IMG/VR virus record: IMGVR_UViG_3300042090_002752
DNA length: 64,000 nt
DNA from: an uncultured virus (IMG/VR IMGVR_UViG_3300042090_002752)
Lineage: Duplodnaviria; Heunggongvirae; Uroviricota; Caudoviricetes
Direction: 5' to 3' (one strand)
The position numbers and the translations under genes were made by a program. Positions within the stretch are counted from its first letter, which is position 1; each line of letters begins with the position of its first letter. Shown here one piece after another: positions 1 to 9,113 of this stretch. The notes beneath the pieces are model-generated. The model ran no database searches and was not told the origin of the DNA. It saw nothing but the letters and a program-made list of their open reading frames with translations.

Positions 1-1701
1 CCAATGCTGGGTAGCTCTGCCGCTTGCGTCGGAGTGGCCCCCGCAGTCGCTCTCGACCACGATTCCAAGCCCGCGGAAGGGCCGGCCAGATCCAGGAAGG
101 CGAACGGCGCCCCACCGCCCGAACCCGAGCGCAGCATCAGACCCCAGTGCGCGCCGCTGATATAAGTCGATTGCACGCTCGCCACCCGCGCTACGATCGT
201 CCCGTCGCCCACCATCGGCTGCGCCACAAATTCGAGTCTATCCGTCACCCCGCCCCAAGTTCCTGCGGTATTGACCAGCGTGTACACCCCGTTGGTGTAC
301 GTTGCCGTGCTGCTGGAGCTCGTCCCAATTGCATAGCTGCTCCAACCGCTCGGTAGCGCGCCGGCGGGCACCGGCACTGTCCATGTCCCCGCCTGCACCC
401 AGCCGCTGTTCAGGCTGCCGCTATCCACTTCCACGTATACGTTCTGCGGGCCCGCAAAGCTCCCCGTGAAGCTCAGCGCCAGGTTCAGCGTCAGGCTCGT
501 GCCCGCGCCGCTGGACGAAGACGACGGCAGGCTCAGCGTGCACTGGCTGTTGCTCAGTGTCCCGCTGCTGCCCAGCGTGCCCGCGCTCACCCACAGCGGA
601 CTGCTGTCGTCGCGCAAGTAGATCGTGTTACTCGGCCGGTCGTAGTGCAGGTAGCACGCCCCGACGCCGTTCAAGCTCGTGTTGACCAGCACCTCCACCC
701 AGTTGATGTTGGTCACGTTGGTCGGGTCCGCGACCACTAGCGCGAAGTTCTGGCTCGCGCCCGCGCCGGACACCGGAGTGAGCGAGGTCTCGCTGGGTGG
801 CGCCGTCGCTGCCGCCGTCACCGTCAGGCTGGACGTGGTGCTGTGACTCAGGCTCGGAGTCGTGCTCGTGGCCGTGATGCTGGGCGCATAGCTGCCCGTC
901 GTCCCCGCCGCCGTGTTGATGATCAGCGCCGTGCTGCCTGACCCCGTCACGCTCGGCGGACTGAAAACCGCCGTCGCTCCCGGCGGCAGACTTCCCGGAT
1001 CCACACTGAAATTCACCACGCCGTTGAATTGCCCCGTGGCGTTCACCGTAACCGTGAGGCTCGCGCTACCGCCCGCATTCACCGTCACTGTGCCTGACGG
1101 TGCGGCTAGCGAAAAGTCCGGCGTCGTCCCGCCGTTGCCATTAACAATCGAAACGTTGTCGAACTGGACTGTGACTGTGGCGGTGCCATCCGTATTGGTT
1201 TCCACCACCGCTAAGCCGGCGTACACTGTGGACCCCAGATCGAGGGTCTGGCTGAACGCCTGGGTCCAATCCACCCCGTCGAAGGAGTAGTAGCCCGTCA
1301 CCGTGGTCCCGCTGCGCACCAACTTCAGCCAGTACGGTGTCGAACCAATGCTGGGTAGCTCTGCCGCTTGCGTCGGAGTGGCCCCCGCAGTCGCTCTCGA
1401 CCACGATTCCAAGCCCGCGGAAGGGCCGGCCAGATCCAGGAAGGCGAACAGCGCCCCACCGCCCGAACCCGAGCGCAGCATCAGACCCCAGTGCGCGCCG
1501 CTGATATAAGTCGATTGCACGCTCGCCACCCGCGCTACGATCGTCCCGTCGCCCACCATCGGCTGCGCCGCAAACTCAAAGCTATCCGTGCTCCCACCCC
1601 AACTACCTGCGTTGTTGGTCAGCGTGTACACCGCGTTGGCGTACGTCCCCGTGCTGCTGTGGCTCGTCCCAATTGCGTAGCTGCTCCAACCGCTCGGTAG
1701 C
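1..1701. repeat. Intragenic direct repeat: 1-357 is a near-identical copy of 1345-1701 (offset 1344 bp = 448 codons)
   Basis: ccaatgctgggtagctctgccgcttgcgtcggagtg... occurs at 1 and 1345; shadow ORFs 24..356 and 1368..1700 are near-identical. Confidence 0.95.
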
Positions 1702-2144
1702 ACTCCGGCCGGAGGCAGGAGCGTTATCGTAGCGTTGCCCGTCACCGTCGGATTGGCGGCGCTGGTGGCGACTACAATCACTGTGCTTAGGACCGAGACA
1801 GTACTTGGGGCGGTGTACAGTCCGGAATTTGGGTCAATCGTTCCACTTCCGGTGGCAGGATTGAGACTCCACGTTACGCTTGTGTTGGGTGTTGCGCTGA
1901 CTGCAGCGGTGAACTGCTGCGATTGCCCCGCACTCATGGCGACCGCGTTCGGATTCACGGTAACGGTAATTGGCTGAGGGGACTCACCCGCATTCTCGAT
2001 CGCGATCACGCGGTCTCCCAGGCGGATGTACTCTCTGGACGGCTTCCCAGGATCGACGCCCTGGGCGTGGAGCGCCAGAGCAGAAGCGACACACAAGTAA
2101 AGTATCCTGTAAAGAGATCCGCGAACAAGTGAGCGTGGTGCCAC
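3..2144 (-). CDS. Large secreted multidomain surface protein (signal peptide, Ig-like domains, repeated ConA-like/DUF1349-type domains); 3' end runs off the window
   Basis: Not in the ORF track because it has no stop in the window. GTG at 2144 follows GGAGG. Translates MAPRSLVRGSLYRILYLCVASALALHAQ..., then VTVNPNAVAMSAGQSQQFTAAV (Ig-like) and PSGWSSYAIG...GDGTIVARVASV...WLKLVRSGTTVTGYYSFDGVDW (ConA-like), which is repeated. Confidence 0.85.
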   Translation of the reverse strand, partial: MAPRSLVRGSLYRILYLCVASALALHAQGVDPGKPSREYIRLGDRVIAIENAGESPQPITVTVNPNAVAMSAGQSQQFTAAVSATPNTSVTWSLNPATGSGTIDPNSGLYTAPSTVSVLSTVIVVATSAANPTVTGNATITLLPPAGVLPSGWSSYAIGTSHSSTGTYANAVYTLTNNAGSWGGSTDSFEFAAQPMVGDGTIVARVASVQSTYISGAHWGLMLRSGSGGGALFAFLDLAGPSAGLESWSRATAGATPTQAAELPSIGSTPYWLKLVRSGTTVTGYYSFDGVDWTQAFSQTLDLGSTVYAGLAVVETNTDGTATVTVQFDNVSIVNGNGGTTPDFSLAAPSGTVTVNAGGSASLTVTVNATGQFNGVVNFSVDPGSLPPGATAVFSPPSVTGSGSTALIINTAAGTTGSYAPSITATSTTPSLSHSTTSSLTVTAAATAPPSETSLTPVSGAGASQNFALVVADPTNVTNINWVEVLVNTSLNGVGACYLHYDRPSNTIYLRDDSSPLWVSAGTLGSSGTLSNSQCTLSLPSSSSSGAGTSLTLNLALSFTGSFAGPQNVYVEVDSGSLNSGWVQAGTWTVPVPAGALPSGWSSYAIGTSSSSTATYTNGVYTLVNTAGTWGGVTDRLEFVAQPMVGDGTIVARVASVQSTYISGAHWGLMLRSGSGGGAPFAFLDLAGPSAGLESWSRATAGATPTQAAELPSI

Positions 2145-3065
2145 TTCGGTCTTCCTCCCAGTCCTACTCCGAGTTACTCCCTGCAGTTACAGAGACCCTG
2201 GTCTCCCAGACTTTGCCCAACTGATTCTCTTCCCATGTCATTTCTCAGCCCGAGTTCCGGCGTGGTAGCCATACATTCGAAACACAAGCATAACGACGTT
2301 GAAATCGTGAATAATTACCATCAAGAAGTCTAGTTACAACAGCGAGCGCTTTCTGACAGTAAAGCGTCACGTCGATGAATGGTGCGCAGCCCTTGTGGAG
2401 ACATCCGGGCTCGCTCTGTTCGGCTGCCAGTAGTCCAAGAGACACCGCGGAAGGCGCATAATCTCCGCGCTGTTCATGGGCAAAACGACGAGCATCCCTC
2501 GCCGTGCCGCACAGCATGAGCGCATACCTTACGCTTGAACCCGGGTGCATCCCGTATAGTTAGAACAATGATCAGGTGGTATAAATAGATTTGGACTTGG
2601 CTTACCTCCAAGCGAGTACTGAGTGAATGGTCTTCTTAGGCTCTCGCAGGTAGAATATATCCCATGTGTTTTGCCGATACAACGACATTAATAATCAATA
2701 ATGCTTGTATCGTTTCATCAGAGAGCTGAAATACTCCTGGGGGGTGGATATCCGATCTAAGTGTTGCAGTTTATTCCGAAAATGCCGAAACGATCTGGGT
2801 GCCTTTTCGGCCGAATGCAAGTTTGAGAAGCTCTTGGAGTTCAGCAACCGCAGCTTCGTCAGCGACCAGCGGGCACTGCAAGCCCACAGGGCCGTCGCCG
2901 CAATGGATCAGCAGCCCGGCGGTCGCCAGTGTTTCCTGCGCGACGCCCCGACTCCACTTCAGATTGTTCTCGATGCAGGACCGCGAATTGACTTGATCCT
3001 CCAGCTGGACCGAGCGATGAATCGTGGTGCGCAGGAACAAACCTGATCGCACCAAGGAACATCAC

Positions 3066-3725
3066 ATGCCCACATACAGCATCAACACGGAAAACAGCCT
3101 GGCAGTGCATCCCGACAAGGACGCCGCCATCAAAGAAGCCAGAGCAAACGGCGCAGCCTTTGCGACGGAGGCGGAACTCAGCGAAACCACAGCATCGTGG
3201 CCTACAAGCCGCATGGTCCAGGTTTGGAATAGCTTCGCGGGCGCGCCGCCCTACGCAGACCTCAAAGAGGTGAAGAAGTTCACGGATCACAAGACGGCGA
3301 TCGCGCGGATCTGGACCGCTGCACAGCGCCTCGGTGAAGCGCTCGAGGAAGAGATGAGAATCGCGGAGCAGGACATGCTCCGAGCGCAGCAGGAGATGAC
3401 GCGTGCAACGAAGGCGACCAAACCGGCCAAGCTTGCGCGCACGGCCGCATCCAAGGCGCCGGCCAATCCGCAGGCAACCAAGGACGCCACCAGCAAGGAC
3501 GAGGCGCCTGCGCCCAAGCAGCGCGAAGGAACGCGCAAGGCGATTGTGGTGGCGCTACTCGAACGCGAGGGCGGCGCAACTTTGGAAGAGTTAATGGCCG
3601 CAACGCTTTGGCGAAAACATTCCGTTCGCGGGTTCATCTCCACGCTGGGCAGCAAGCACGGCTACAATGTCGTGAGCACGCGGCGGGAGAGCGACAAGGC
3701 TAGGGTCTACACGATTGAAAAGTAG
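3066..3725 (+). CDS. DUF3489 domain protein (phage-associated, putative DNA-binding)
   Basis: C-terminal REGTRKAIVVALLEREGGATLEELMAATLWRKHSVRGFIS motif; ATG at 3066 follows AAGGAA. Confidence 0.85.
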   Translation: MPTYSINTENSLAVHPDKDAAIKEARANGAAFATEAELSETTASWPTSRMVQVWNSFAGAPPYADLKEVKKFTDHKTAIARIWTAAQRLGEALEEEMRIAEQDMLRAQQEMTRATKATKPAKLARTAASKAPANPQATKDATSKDEAPAPKQREGTRKAIVVALLEREGGATLEELMAATLWRKHSVRGFISTLGSKHGYNVVSTRRESDKARVYTIEK

Positions 3726-3736
3726 GGTCCGGAGAC

Positions 3737-3777
3737 AGACAAAGAGCCCGGCATCGGCGCCGGGCTCTTTGTCTTTC
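3737..3777. terminator. Probable bidirectional intrinsic terminator between convergent genes
   Basis: Perfect 16-bp inverted repeat agacaaagagcccggc (3737-3752) / gccgggctctttgtct (3759-3774). Confidence 0.8.
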
Positions 3778-3796
3778 AGGATGTCCGCGCTGCGCG

Positions 3797-4258
3797 CTAA
3801 TACAACTGGCTGGCGCTCAGTGCATAGGCGTAGGAAAAGCTCGAACACGTCGGCGTCGTCATGTTGACGACGATCGGGTCCGTGGTAGATGTGAACAGCA
3901 GCAGCGGTCCGATGATGGACTGACTTCCCAGGCTCGATCCGCTCGCCGGCGTGCCCGCAAGCGACCCGAACGGAATGCTGATCGCGGTGTAGGAGTTTGA
4001 GCCCGTCGGATCAGTCCAGACGAACTGGGCGGAGAGCGAACCTGCGGTGCAGCCGGCCGCTGTCACGACCTTGAGCGAGATGGAAATCAGCCAGACGTGC
4101 AGGTTCGCGTCTGGCGGTGTGACGAGTGGGGAGCCCACCACGGAACTGGTGGCGATGCCGGCCAGCGTCGTCTGGGGTGCGACCCACGTGGTCTGAGACC
4201 TGCTCGCAACGGCCAGCGCGAGCAGAGCAAACAGTGCGATAAAGATTAGTTTTTTCAT
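3797..4258 (-). CDS. Small secreted protein paralogous to the C-terminal domain of the upstream fibre-like protein
   Basis: Signal peptide MKKLIFIALFALLALAVASRSQ; VW..WTD..G.NS motif and Cys spacing shared with the C-terminus of 4262..7024. Confidence 0.8.
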   Translation of the reverse strand: MKKLIFIALFALLALAVASRSQTTWVAPQTTLAGIATSSVVGSPLVTPPDANLHVWLISISLKVVTAAGCTAGSLSAQFVWTDPTGSNSYTAISIPFGSLAGTPASGSSLGSQSIIGPLLLFTSTTDPIVVNMTTPTCSSFSYAYALSASQLY

Positions 4259-4261
4259 GAG

Positions 4262-7024
4262 TTATCCAATCCTCGCTGCGGATACAAAGTAGTCAAACGA
4301 GACGGTCGTGCAACTGACTGGAATCGAAATAGTGTAGGTCGCCGGCGTGGTCGATTTCTGGATGATGGTGGTCTGGAAGGTGTAGCTCCCATTCATCGCC
4401 GTACCGCTCGCAACAGCATTCGAGACGCTTGTAGCTGCCACGCTGATCGGGCTGAGGCTGTTCGCGCCCCTCGCGTCGGTCCATGCAATCGTCATCGCAA
4501 GCGTGCCCGTCCCGGAGCCGCACGACCAAGTAGAGGCGGGCGTGATCGTGCCCGTGATGATCCACACCTGCTGCACGGCTGACCCAGGCGCGGTGAACAG
4601 GTTCGTCGCGGAGACGGCCACAGCCTTGCCGGACTCCCCAGACGTGAAGTATGTCGGCATGACGCCCAGCTTGCTGCTGCCCGGTCCCGAGCCGCCGTTG
4701 GGGTCGTAGATCTCCTGAATGGACGGTGTGCTGGAAGCGCCAAAGCCGTGCGATGGCGCGTTGGTGCGATTCATCCCGCCATCGTATGAACCCGTGTAAG
4801 CAGCTCCAGGTTGCATTATGATGGCCCCGCCCGTGCCACTACTGAGTTTGTGGGCTACGGTGATGGTCTGCGAGTTGTTGGTATTGAGCAATGAAAGCGT
4901 GACGCTGCCGCGTCTGTACTGCATCTGCGGGCTGCTCGAATCGATTATCCAGACATCACCGCTGTTCGGGCTAGCAGGGGCGTTTACCTGCGGCAGCAGG
5001 TTGATTGGTGCCTGCGTTCCGGACGTTCCCTGGAACGTCTGGGTCGTGCCCGCCGCCCACGTGTTGCTCTTGCCTGTATCCGCGAAGCTCCCGGTCGGTG
5101 CGGTCAGCGACGTTCCCCAGGCAGATCCGGTGGACACTGGGATTCCGGCGCCAGGGTAGATCATGCTTCCGCCACTCAGCGACGCGCAGCCGGTCGCATT
5201 GCCCTTGGCATCCACGCCGGTCGGGGCATACCCCGCCGAACAGGGCGTCGGTGTAGTCGCCAACGCGGTGGCAGTCGCCGCGTTCCCGGTGGTGCTCTGA
5301 TTGAGCAGGGGGATCCACGCAGCCGCCAGCGTCCCGCCGCTACCAGCCATCGGGATTGCATTGGCCGCAGGCGTCACCATCGCCACAGGATCGGAGCCAC
5401 CATACTGGTGGCTTGCGGCATGCGCGGAGGGCACGAATGCCGAAGGGATACCAGACAGGGATGCCCATGGCCACGTTGCCGGCCACGTGCTCGGCGCACC
5501 CGTGATCGGAGCCTGGTAAAGTCCAGCCATCGCACTCACTGCGCGCGCCGCCGTGAAGTAGAGGTTTCCGCTCTCCGTGATCTGCGCGGTGGTCGTGGGA
5601 ATCGTGGGCTTGTTCAGGATCACGCCCAGCCCTGTAGATGCGTTCCAGTCAGGCTGCACCTGGGCTGCCGGGATCGTGGGCTTGTTGCTGAGATCGCTGT
5701 AGCTGCCTGACGTCGCGACAATGGCGAAGGTGGGCCACGTGCTGGGCGCCCCGGTGATGGGCGTCTGGTACAGCCCGGCCATCGCACTTTGCACGCGAGC
5801 AGCAGTGAAGTACAGGTTCCCGGATTCAGTGATTTGCGCCGTCGTGGTCGGGATCGTGGGCTTGTTCAGGATCACGCCCAAACCGCTGGAAGCGTTCCAG
5901 TCAGATTGCACTTGGGCAGCCGGGATCGCGGGCTTATTGCTGAGATCCAGAAAGCTGCCGGAGGTTGCGACCGCGGCGAACGAGGGAACGCCGGACAGGG
6001 ACGCCCATGGCCACGTTGACGGCCACGTGCTCGGCGCGCCGGTGACGGGCGTCTGGTAGAGCCCGGCCATTGCACTCTGCGCACGAGCGGCAGTGAAGTA
6101 CAGATTCCCGGATTCTGCGATTTGCGCCGTGGTGGACGGGATCGTGGGCTTGTTCAAGATCACGCCCATGCCGGTGGAAGCGTTCCAGTCGCTCTGCACC
6201 TGCGCGGCAGGAATGGTGGGTTTGTTGCTCAGATCGCTGTAATTCCCGCTGGTGGCGACGATGGCGAAGCTCGGCCAGGTCGTCGGGGCACCGGCGATCG
6301 CCGCCTGAAAGTAGCTCGAGGGTTTCTGTGCCGCGCTCCCCAGGATCTGATCCAGCGCACCGGAAATGCCGGAGCCGAACCAAGTCAACGGCGTCTGGTA
6401 CAGCCCAGCCATCGCGGTCTGGACCCTCGCAGGCGTGAAGTACAGGTTTCCGCCTTCCGTGACCAGATCAGTGGTGTAGTCGCCCGCCTGCGCAGTAACG
6501 GCGCCGGAGCGTCCGAACACAGACGAAACCGATCCGACACCGCCAGCCGGAATAGCCAGCGCCCACGACGCACCGCCCCAAGTGGGCACCTGGCCCACCG
6601 CGGTACCGGCAGGCATCTGGTTCCAGTTGAGTTGCATCGACGCCGGAAGCTGTGTGTTCCGTTCGATCGCAGCAACCGTCGTGATGGCCGGCATACTCGG
6701 GATCGCCCAGAAAGCCGGCGCGCGGCCGTGGCCGTAATAGATCACGTTGTAGTCGTAGCCAGGCGTGCACGAGGCCAAAGCATAGAGCTGAATCACCGGA
6801 ATGCTCACGCCATTGGTGACCGTGTAGTCCTGCGCGGACGCCTGGATCTTGATGCCGCCGCAGACGACGCCAGGATTGCTGACTGTGATGTGGCCCGACC
6901 ATGGCGTGCCGTTGGGGTTGTTGATGGGACCGGTGACTGTCACCAACGTGGGCTGCGCGAACAGCGCGCCAGTCAAGAACAAGAGCACCATGAACGACTT
7001 TGGAAAAGGTATGAATCTTGGCAT
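4262..7024 (-). CDS. Tail-fibre-like repeat protein with an N-terminal signal peptide (~920 aa)
   Basis: ATG at 7024 follows GAGGAA. MPRFIPFPKSFMVLLFLTGALFAQ looks like a signal peptide. Contains phage fibre motifs SVFGRSGAVTAQAGDY, VATSGSYSDLSNKPTIP, QSDWN...ILNKP and TESGNLYFTAAR. Confidence 0.8.
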   Translation of the reverse strand: MPRFIPFPKSFMVLLFLTGALFAQPTLVTVTGPINNPNGTPWSGHITVSNPGVVCGGIKIQASAQDYTVTNGVSIPVIQLYALASCTPGYDYNVIYYGHGRAPAFWAIPSMPAITTVAAIERNTQLPASMQLNWNQMPAGTAVGQVPTWGGASWALAIPAGGVGSVSSVFGRSGAVTAQAGDYTTDLVTEGGNLYFTPARVQTAMAGLYQTPLTWFGSGISGALDQILGSAAQKPSSYFQAAIAGAPTTWPSFAIVATSGNYSDLSNKPTIPAAQVQSDWNASTGMGVILNKPTIPSTTAQIAESGNLYFTAARAQSAMAGLYQTPVTGAPSTWPSTWPWASLSGVPSFAAVATSGSFLDLSNKPAIPAAQVQSDWNASSGLGVILNKPTIPTTTAQITESGNLYFTAARVQSAMAGLYQTPITGAPSTWPTFAIVATSGSYSDLSNKPTIPAAQVQPDWNASTGLGVILNKPTIPTTTAQITESGNLYFTAARAVSAMAGLYQAPITGAPSTWPATWPWASLSGIPSAFVPSAHAASHQYGGSDPVAMVTPAANAIPMAGSGGTLAAAWIPLLNQSTTGNAATATALATTPTPCSAGYAPTGVDAKGNATGCASLSGGSMIYPGAGIPVSTGSAWGTSLTAPTGSFADTGKSNTWAAGTTQTFQGTSGTQAPINLLPQVNAPASPNSGDVWIIDSSSPQMQYRRGSVTLSLLNTNNSQTITVAHKLSSGTGGAIIMQPGAAYTGSYDGGMNRTNAPSHGFGASSTPSIQEIYDPNGGSGPGSSKLGVMPTYFTSGESGKAVAVSATNLFTAPGSAVQQVWIITGTITPASTWSCGSGTGTLAMTIAWTDARGANSLSPISVAATSVSNAVASGTAMNGSYTFQTTIIQKSTTPATYTISIPVSCTTVSFDYFVSAARIG
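5445..6460. repeat. Tandem intragenic repeats: 3 copies plus a partial, periods 252 and 288 bp
   Basis: atcgtgggcttgttca.gatcacgccc at 5601, 5853 and 6141. Confidence 0.9.
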
Positions 7025-7031
7025 AATTCCT

Positions 7032-7424
7032 CTACTGTTTGCTGCGCAGAACGGCAACGAACAGCGCCAGCAGCAAGGCACCGTACGCCGCGCAGGCGAC
7101 TCTGAGCCACATCGACAGAGACTGTGTACGATCGATTGCGGTGCTGGCCTCCGCGCGGGCATCATCTACCTTGTCGCGAAGGTCTTTTAGCTCGCGATCG
7201 CGAATGTCATTGATCTTGCTCCACAGGTCGCGCCGGTCTGCTGCGCAATCGTCCAGCCGGCGCCGGGCCTCCGCTTGAAACTCACGCGTGCTCGTATGCC
7301 CCTCCGCCAGTTTTTCCACCGAGACCTTGATCTCATTCACACTGTTTTGCAGGCCCGCGATTTGCGTGATGAGTGAGGCCATCTGCCGGGACAACTCCTG
7401 GATTGTCGGTGCTGCTTCGCTCAC
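7032..7424 (-). CDS. Coiled-coil protein with C-terminal TM helix (XhlA/holin-like, lysis region)
   Basis: GTG follows AAAGGA; heptad pattern then hydrophobic VACAAYGALLLALFVAVL. Confidence 0.7.
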   Translation of the reverse strand: MSEAAPTIQELSRQMASLITQIAGLQNSVNEIKVSVEKLAEGHTSTREFQAEARRRLDDCAADRRDLWSKINDIRDRELKDLRDKVDDARAEASTAIDRTQSLSMWLRVACAAYGALLLALFVAVLRSKQ

Positions 7425-7626
7425 TGTTAGTTCCTTTGTGATGTTCGTTTCGAAAGCTCAACCCCAGGACTTCGCTCTGCTCAACTACGTCGCGCGCATG
7501 CACGCAGCCGCGCCAGGTCAACGTGCCGAAGGCATCGGTCCGGATGGAGCATTGGCAATCGCAGAAAGGACAGGCAGGATCGGGCCCAGACCGCCAGATA
7601 GCGCGCGACGACTCCTCAGCGGGCAT
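7333..7626 (-). CDS. Possible small Cys-rich hypothetical protein
   Basis: CPFCDCQC...GCVH motif; fills the gap in the operon but overlaps the next gene by ~90 bp. Confidence 0.35.
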   Translation of the reverse strand: MPAEESSRAIWRSGPDPACPFCDCQCSIRTDAFGTLTWRGCVHARDVVEQSEVLGLSFRNEHHKGTNSERSSTDNPGVVPADGLTHHANRGPAKQCE

Positions 7627-7864
7627 TCCCCGCTGCATTGCCGCAGGAGGGATCCACTGGCAACGGGCTCTGTTTCAGGTAGGCAAAGACGGTCTTCAAA
7701 GCGGAAAACACGAGCATGCCGGCGAGCGCTTCCCAGAAGCGCGAATCCCGCAGGAAGTCCGGAGCGACTACCGCTGCTCCGACCGCCACAGTGCCCGAGT
7801 CCGCCAGCGCGGAGAGCACTGCGGCCAGCAGGCCGTGCAACCAGAGATGCATGTTGCTGTTCAT
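7616..7864 (-). CDS. Putative holin (small, two TM segments)
   Basis: ATG at 7864 follows AAAGG; two hydrophobic helices; lies in the lysis region. Confidence 0.6.
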   Translation of the reverse strand: MNSNMHLWLHGLLAAVLSALADSGTVAVGAAVVAPDFLRDSRFWEALAGMLVFSALKTVFAYLKQSPLPVDPSCGNAAGNAR

Positions 7865-7931
7865 CGTTAACCTTTCCGAGCGGGGCTGGACGCCCCGCTC
7901 AATCTGCATGGTCGTTTCTGATCCGCAGCAC

Positions 7932-8276
7932 TTACGCCGTAGCGCTGGTTGCAACAGGCGCGGCGGGAGTTGCCGGCGTGGTGGTCTTTTTGAACCAGCC
8001 CAGCTTGTTGAAGGTGTCGACTAGCGTGCTGGCGATGGACGTCACGTACGTGGTGAGTTTGTCGATCGGCACGACGGAAGCAATACTCTGTTCGGTCGCA
8101 TAGAGAGACTGCAGCGCAGTCTGGACGATGCTGAGTTTGGCCGCGCCGGTCTGGGCGGCGCTGTTGCCGGTCGAGCTGGCAACTTCCGCGAAGCCCTGTT
8201 CGAGCGCGGCGATGGTGGACATGACGGTCGAAAGGATCGTCGGGATGAGCTTGAGCCAAGTCAGAAATACAGTCAT
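7932..8276 (-). CDS. Hypothetical membrane-associated protein, holin-like candidate
   Basis: AGGAG RBS; hydrophobic N-terminus; GAAKL motif; lysis-region position. Confidence 0.65.
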   Translation of the reverse strand: MTVFLTWLKLIPTILSTVMSTIAALEQGFAEVASSTGNSAAQTGAAKLSIVQTALQSLYATEQSIASVVPIDKLTTYVTSIASTLVDTFNKLGWFKKTTTPATPAAPVATSATA

Positions 8277-8288
8277 GTGTTTGTTCTC

Positions 8289-9074
8289 CTAACGGACGGG
8301 AAATGTGAGCTTGAGCATCTCGAACGCCTTGCTCACAATGGTTTTCAGCATGCCCGCGCGTTGACGCCACGGGCGAAGAGCGTCGTCGATCGACTCGGCG
8401 GCGCCATCGAGATGTCCACTCGTGCCAGCGATGTTGGCAATCGTGGCCTGAATGTTCTTGTCCTCGAGCAGCTTGGCGAAGTCGTCCACCGCCCGGTCCA
8501 GATCGGTCATGGTCTGCTGGACCTTCGGTGAGCCGGCGGCGAGCTGGTCGGCAGCCAGCTTGGTCAAGCGGTCGATGTTGTCGAGGGAATTGTTGAGCGG
8601 CAGCAGCGTCGAGTTTGCCGTGATGAGGAGCTGGTTACCGGACTTCACAGCCAGATCCGCGTCGTCGAGCGCGGTGTTCAGCCGCTGGCGCGTGTCGCGC
8701 ACCAGCAGGCCAGTCTCATGGACGGAGGTCTGGAGTTCGGCGAGCACGCTGTGCGTGTCGCGATGAACATCCTTGAGGAACGCCAGGCCCTCCACGGCCG
8801 TGAGTTGCATTTGCCGCGAGGCCTGGTAGCTCTGCGCGGACGCTGCCTTGATCGTGCCTACGGTCGCAAGGGTCTGGGAAGGCAGGCACGCGCGGTTCTT
8901 GCGGCAGTCCGTGAGCCACTCAACCGCCCATGCTGCGCTGGTGACGCCCGGGCGCGTCCCATGCAGCAGGAGACCGAGCTCGAACGCCGGCCAGCACAGC
9001 AAGGTGCCCAGCACGAACCACGGAATTACCAGAGCCACACGTGGAGTGAAGTGTTTGAGGAACCAGGTTTTCAT
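8289..9074 (-). CDS. Membrane-anchored coiled-coil protein (spanin-like candidate)
   Basis: N-terminal TM then long heptad repeats; immediately downstream of the lysozyme. Confidence 0.65.
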   Translation of the reverse strand: MKTWFLKHFTPRVALVIPWFVLGTLLCWPAFELGLLLHGTRPGVTSAAWAVEWLTDCRKNRACLPSQTLATVGTIKAASAQSYQASRQMQLTAVEGLAFLKDVHRDTHSVLAELQTSVHETGLLVRDTRQRLNTALDDADLAVKSGNQLLITANSTLLPLNNSLDNIDRLTKLAADQLAAGSPKVQQTMTDLDRAVDDFAKLLEDKNIQATIANIAGTSGHLDGAAESIDDALRPWRQRAGMLKTIVSKAFEMLKLTFPVR

Positions 9075-9113
9075 GATGTTGTTCTGCGGAAGTGGACTTG
9101 GTGGGCCGCCCTG

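Noticed and set aside
2245..3055. ORFs 2245..2550, 2705..3046 and 2771..3055
   Set aside because: No motifs or convincing RBS; probably intergenic or prophage boundary sequence.
5445..6460. Repeats considered as a CRISPR array or DGR template/variable pair
   Set aside because: They are in-frame 252/288-bp coding repeats without spacers, the differences are not adenine-specific, and there is no cas or reverse transcriptase gene in the window.
7025..7165. Longer N-terminus of the fibre-like ORF given in the track (start 7165)
   Set aside because: It overlaps the upstream gene, whereas the ATG at 7024 has an RBS and yields a clean signal peptide.
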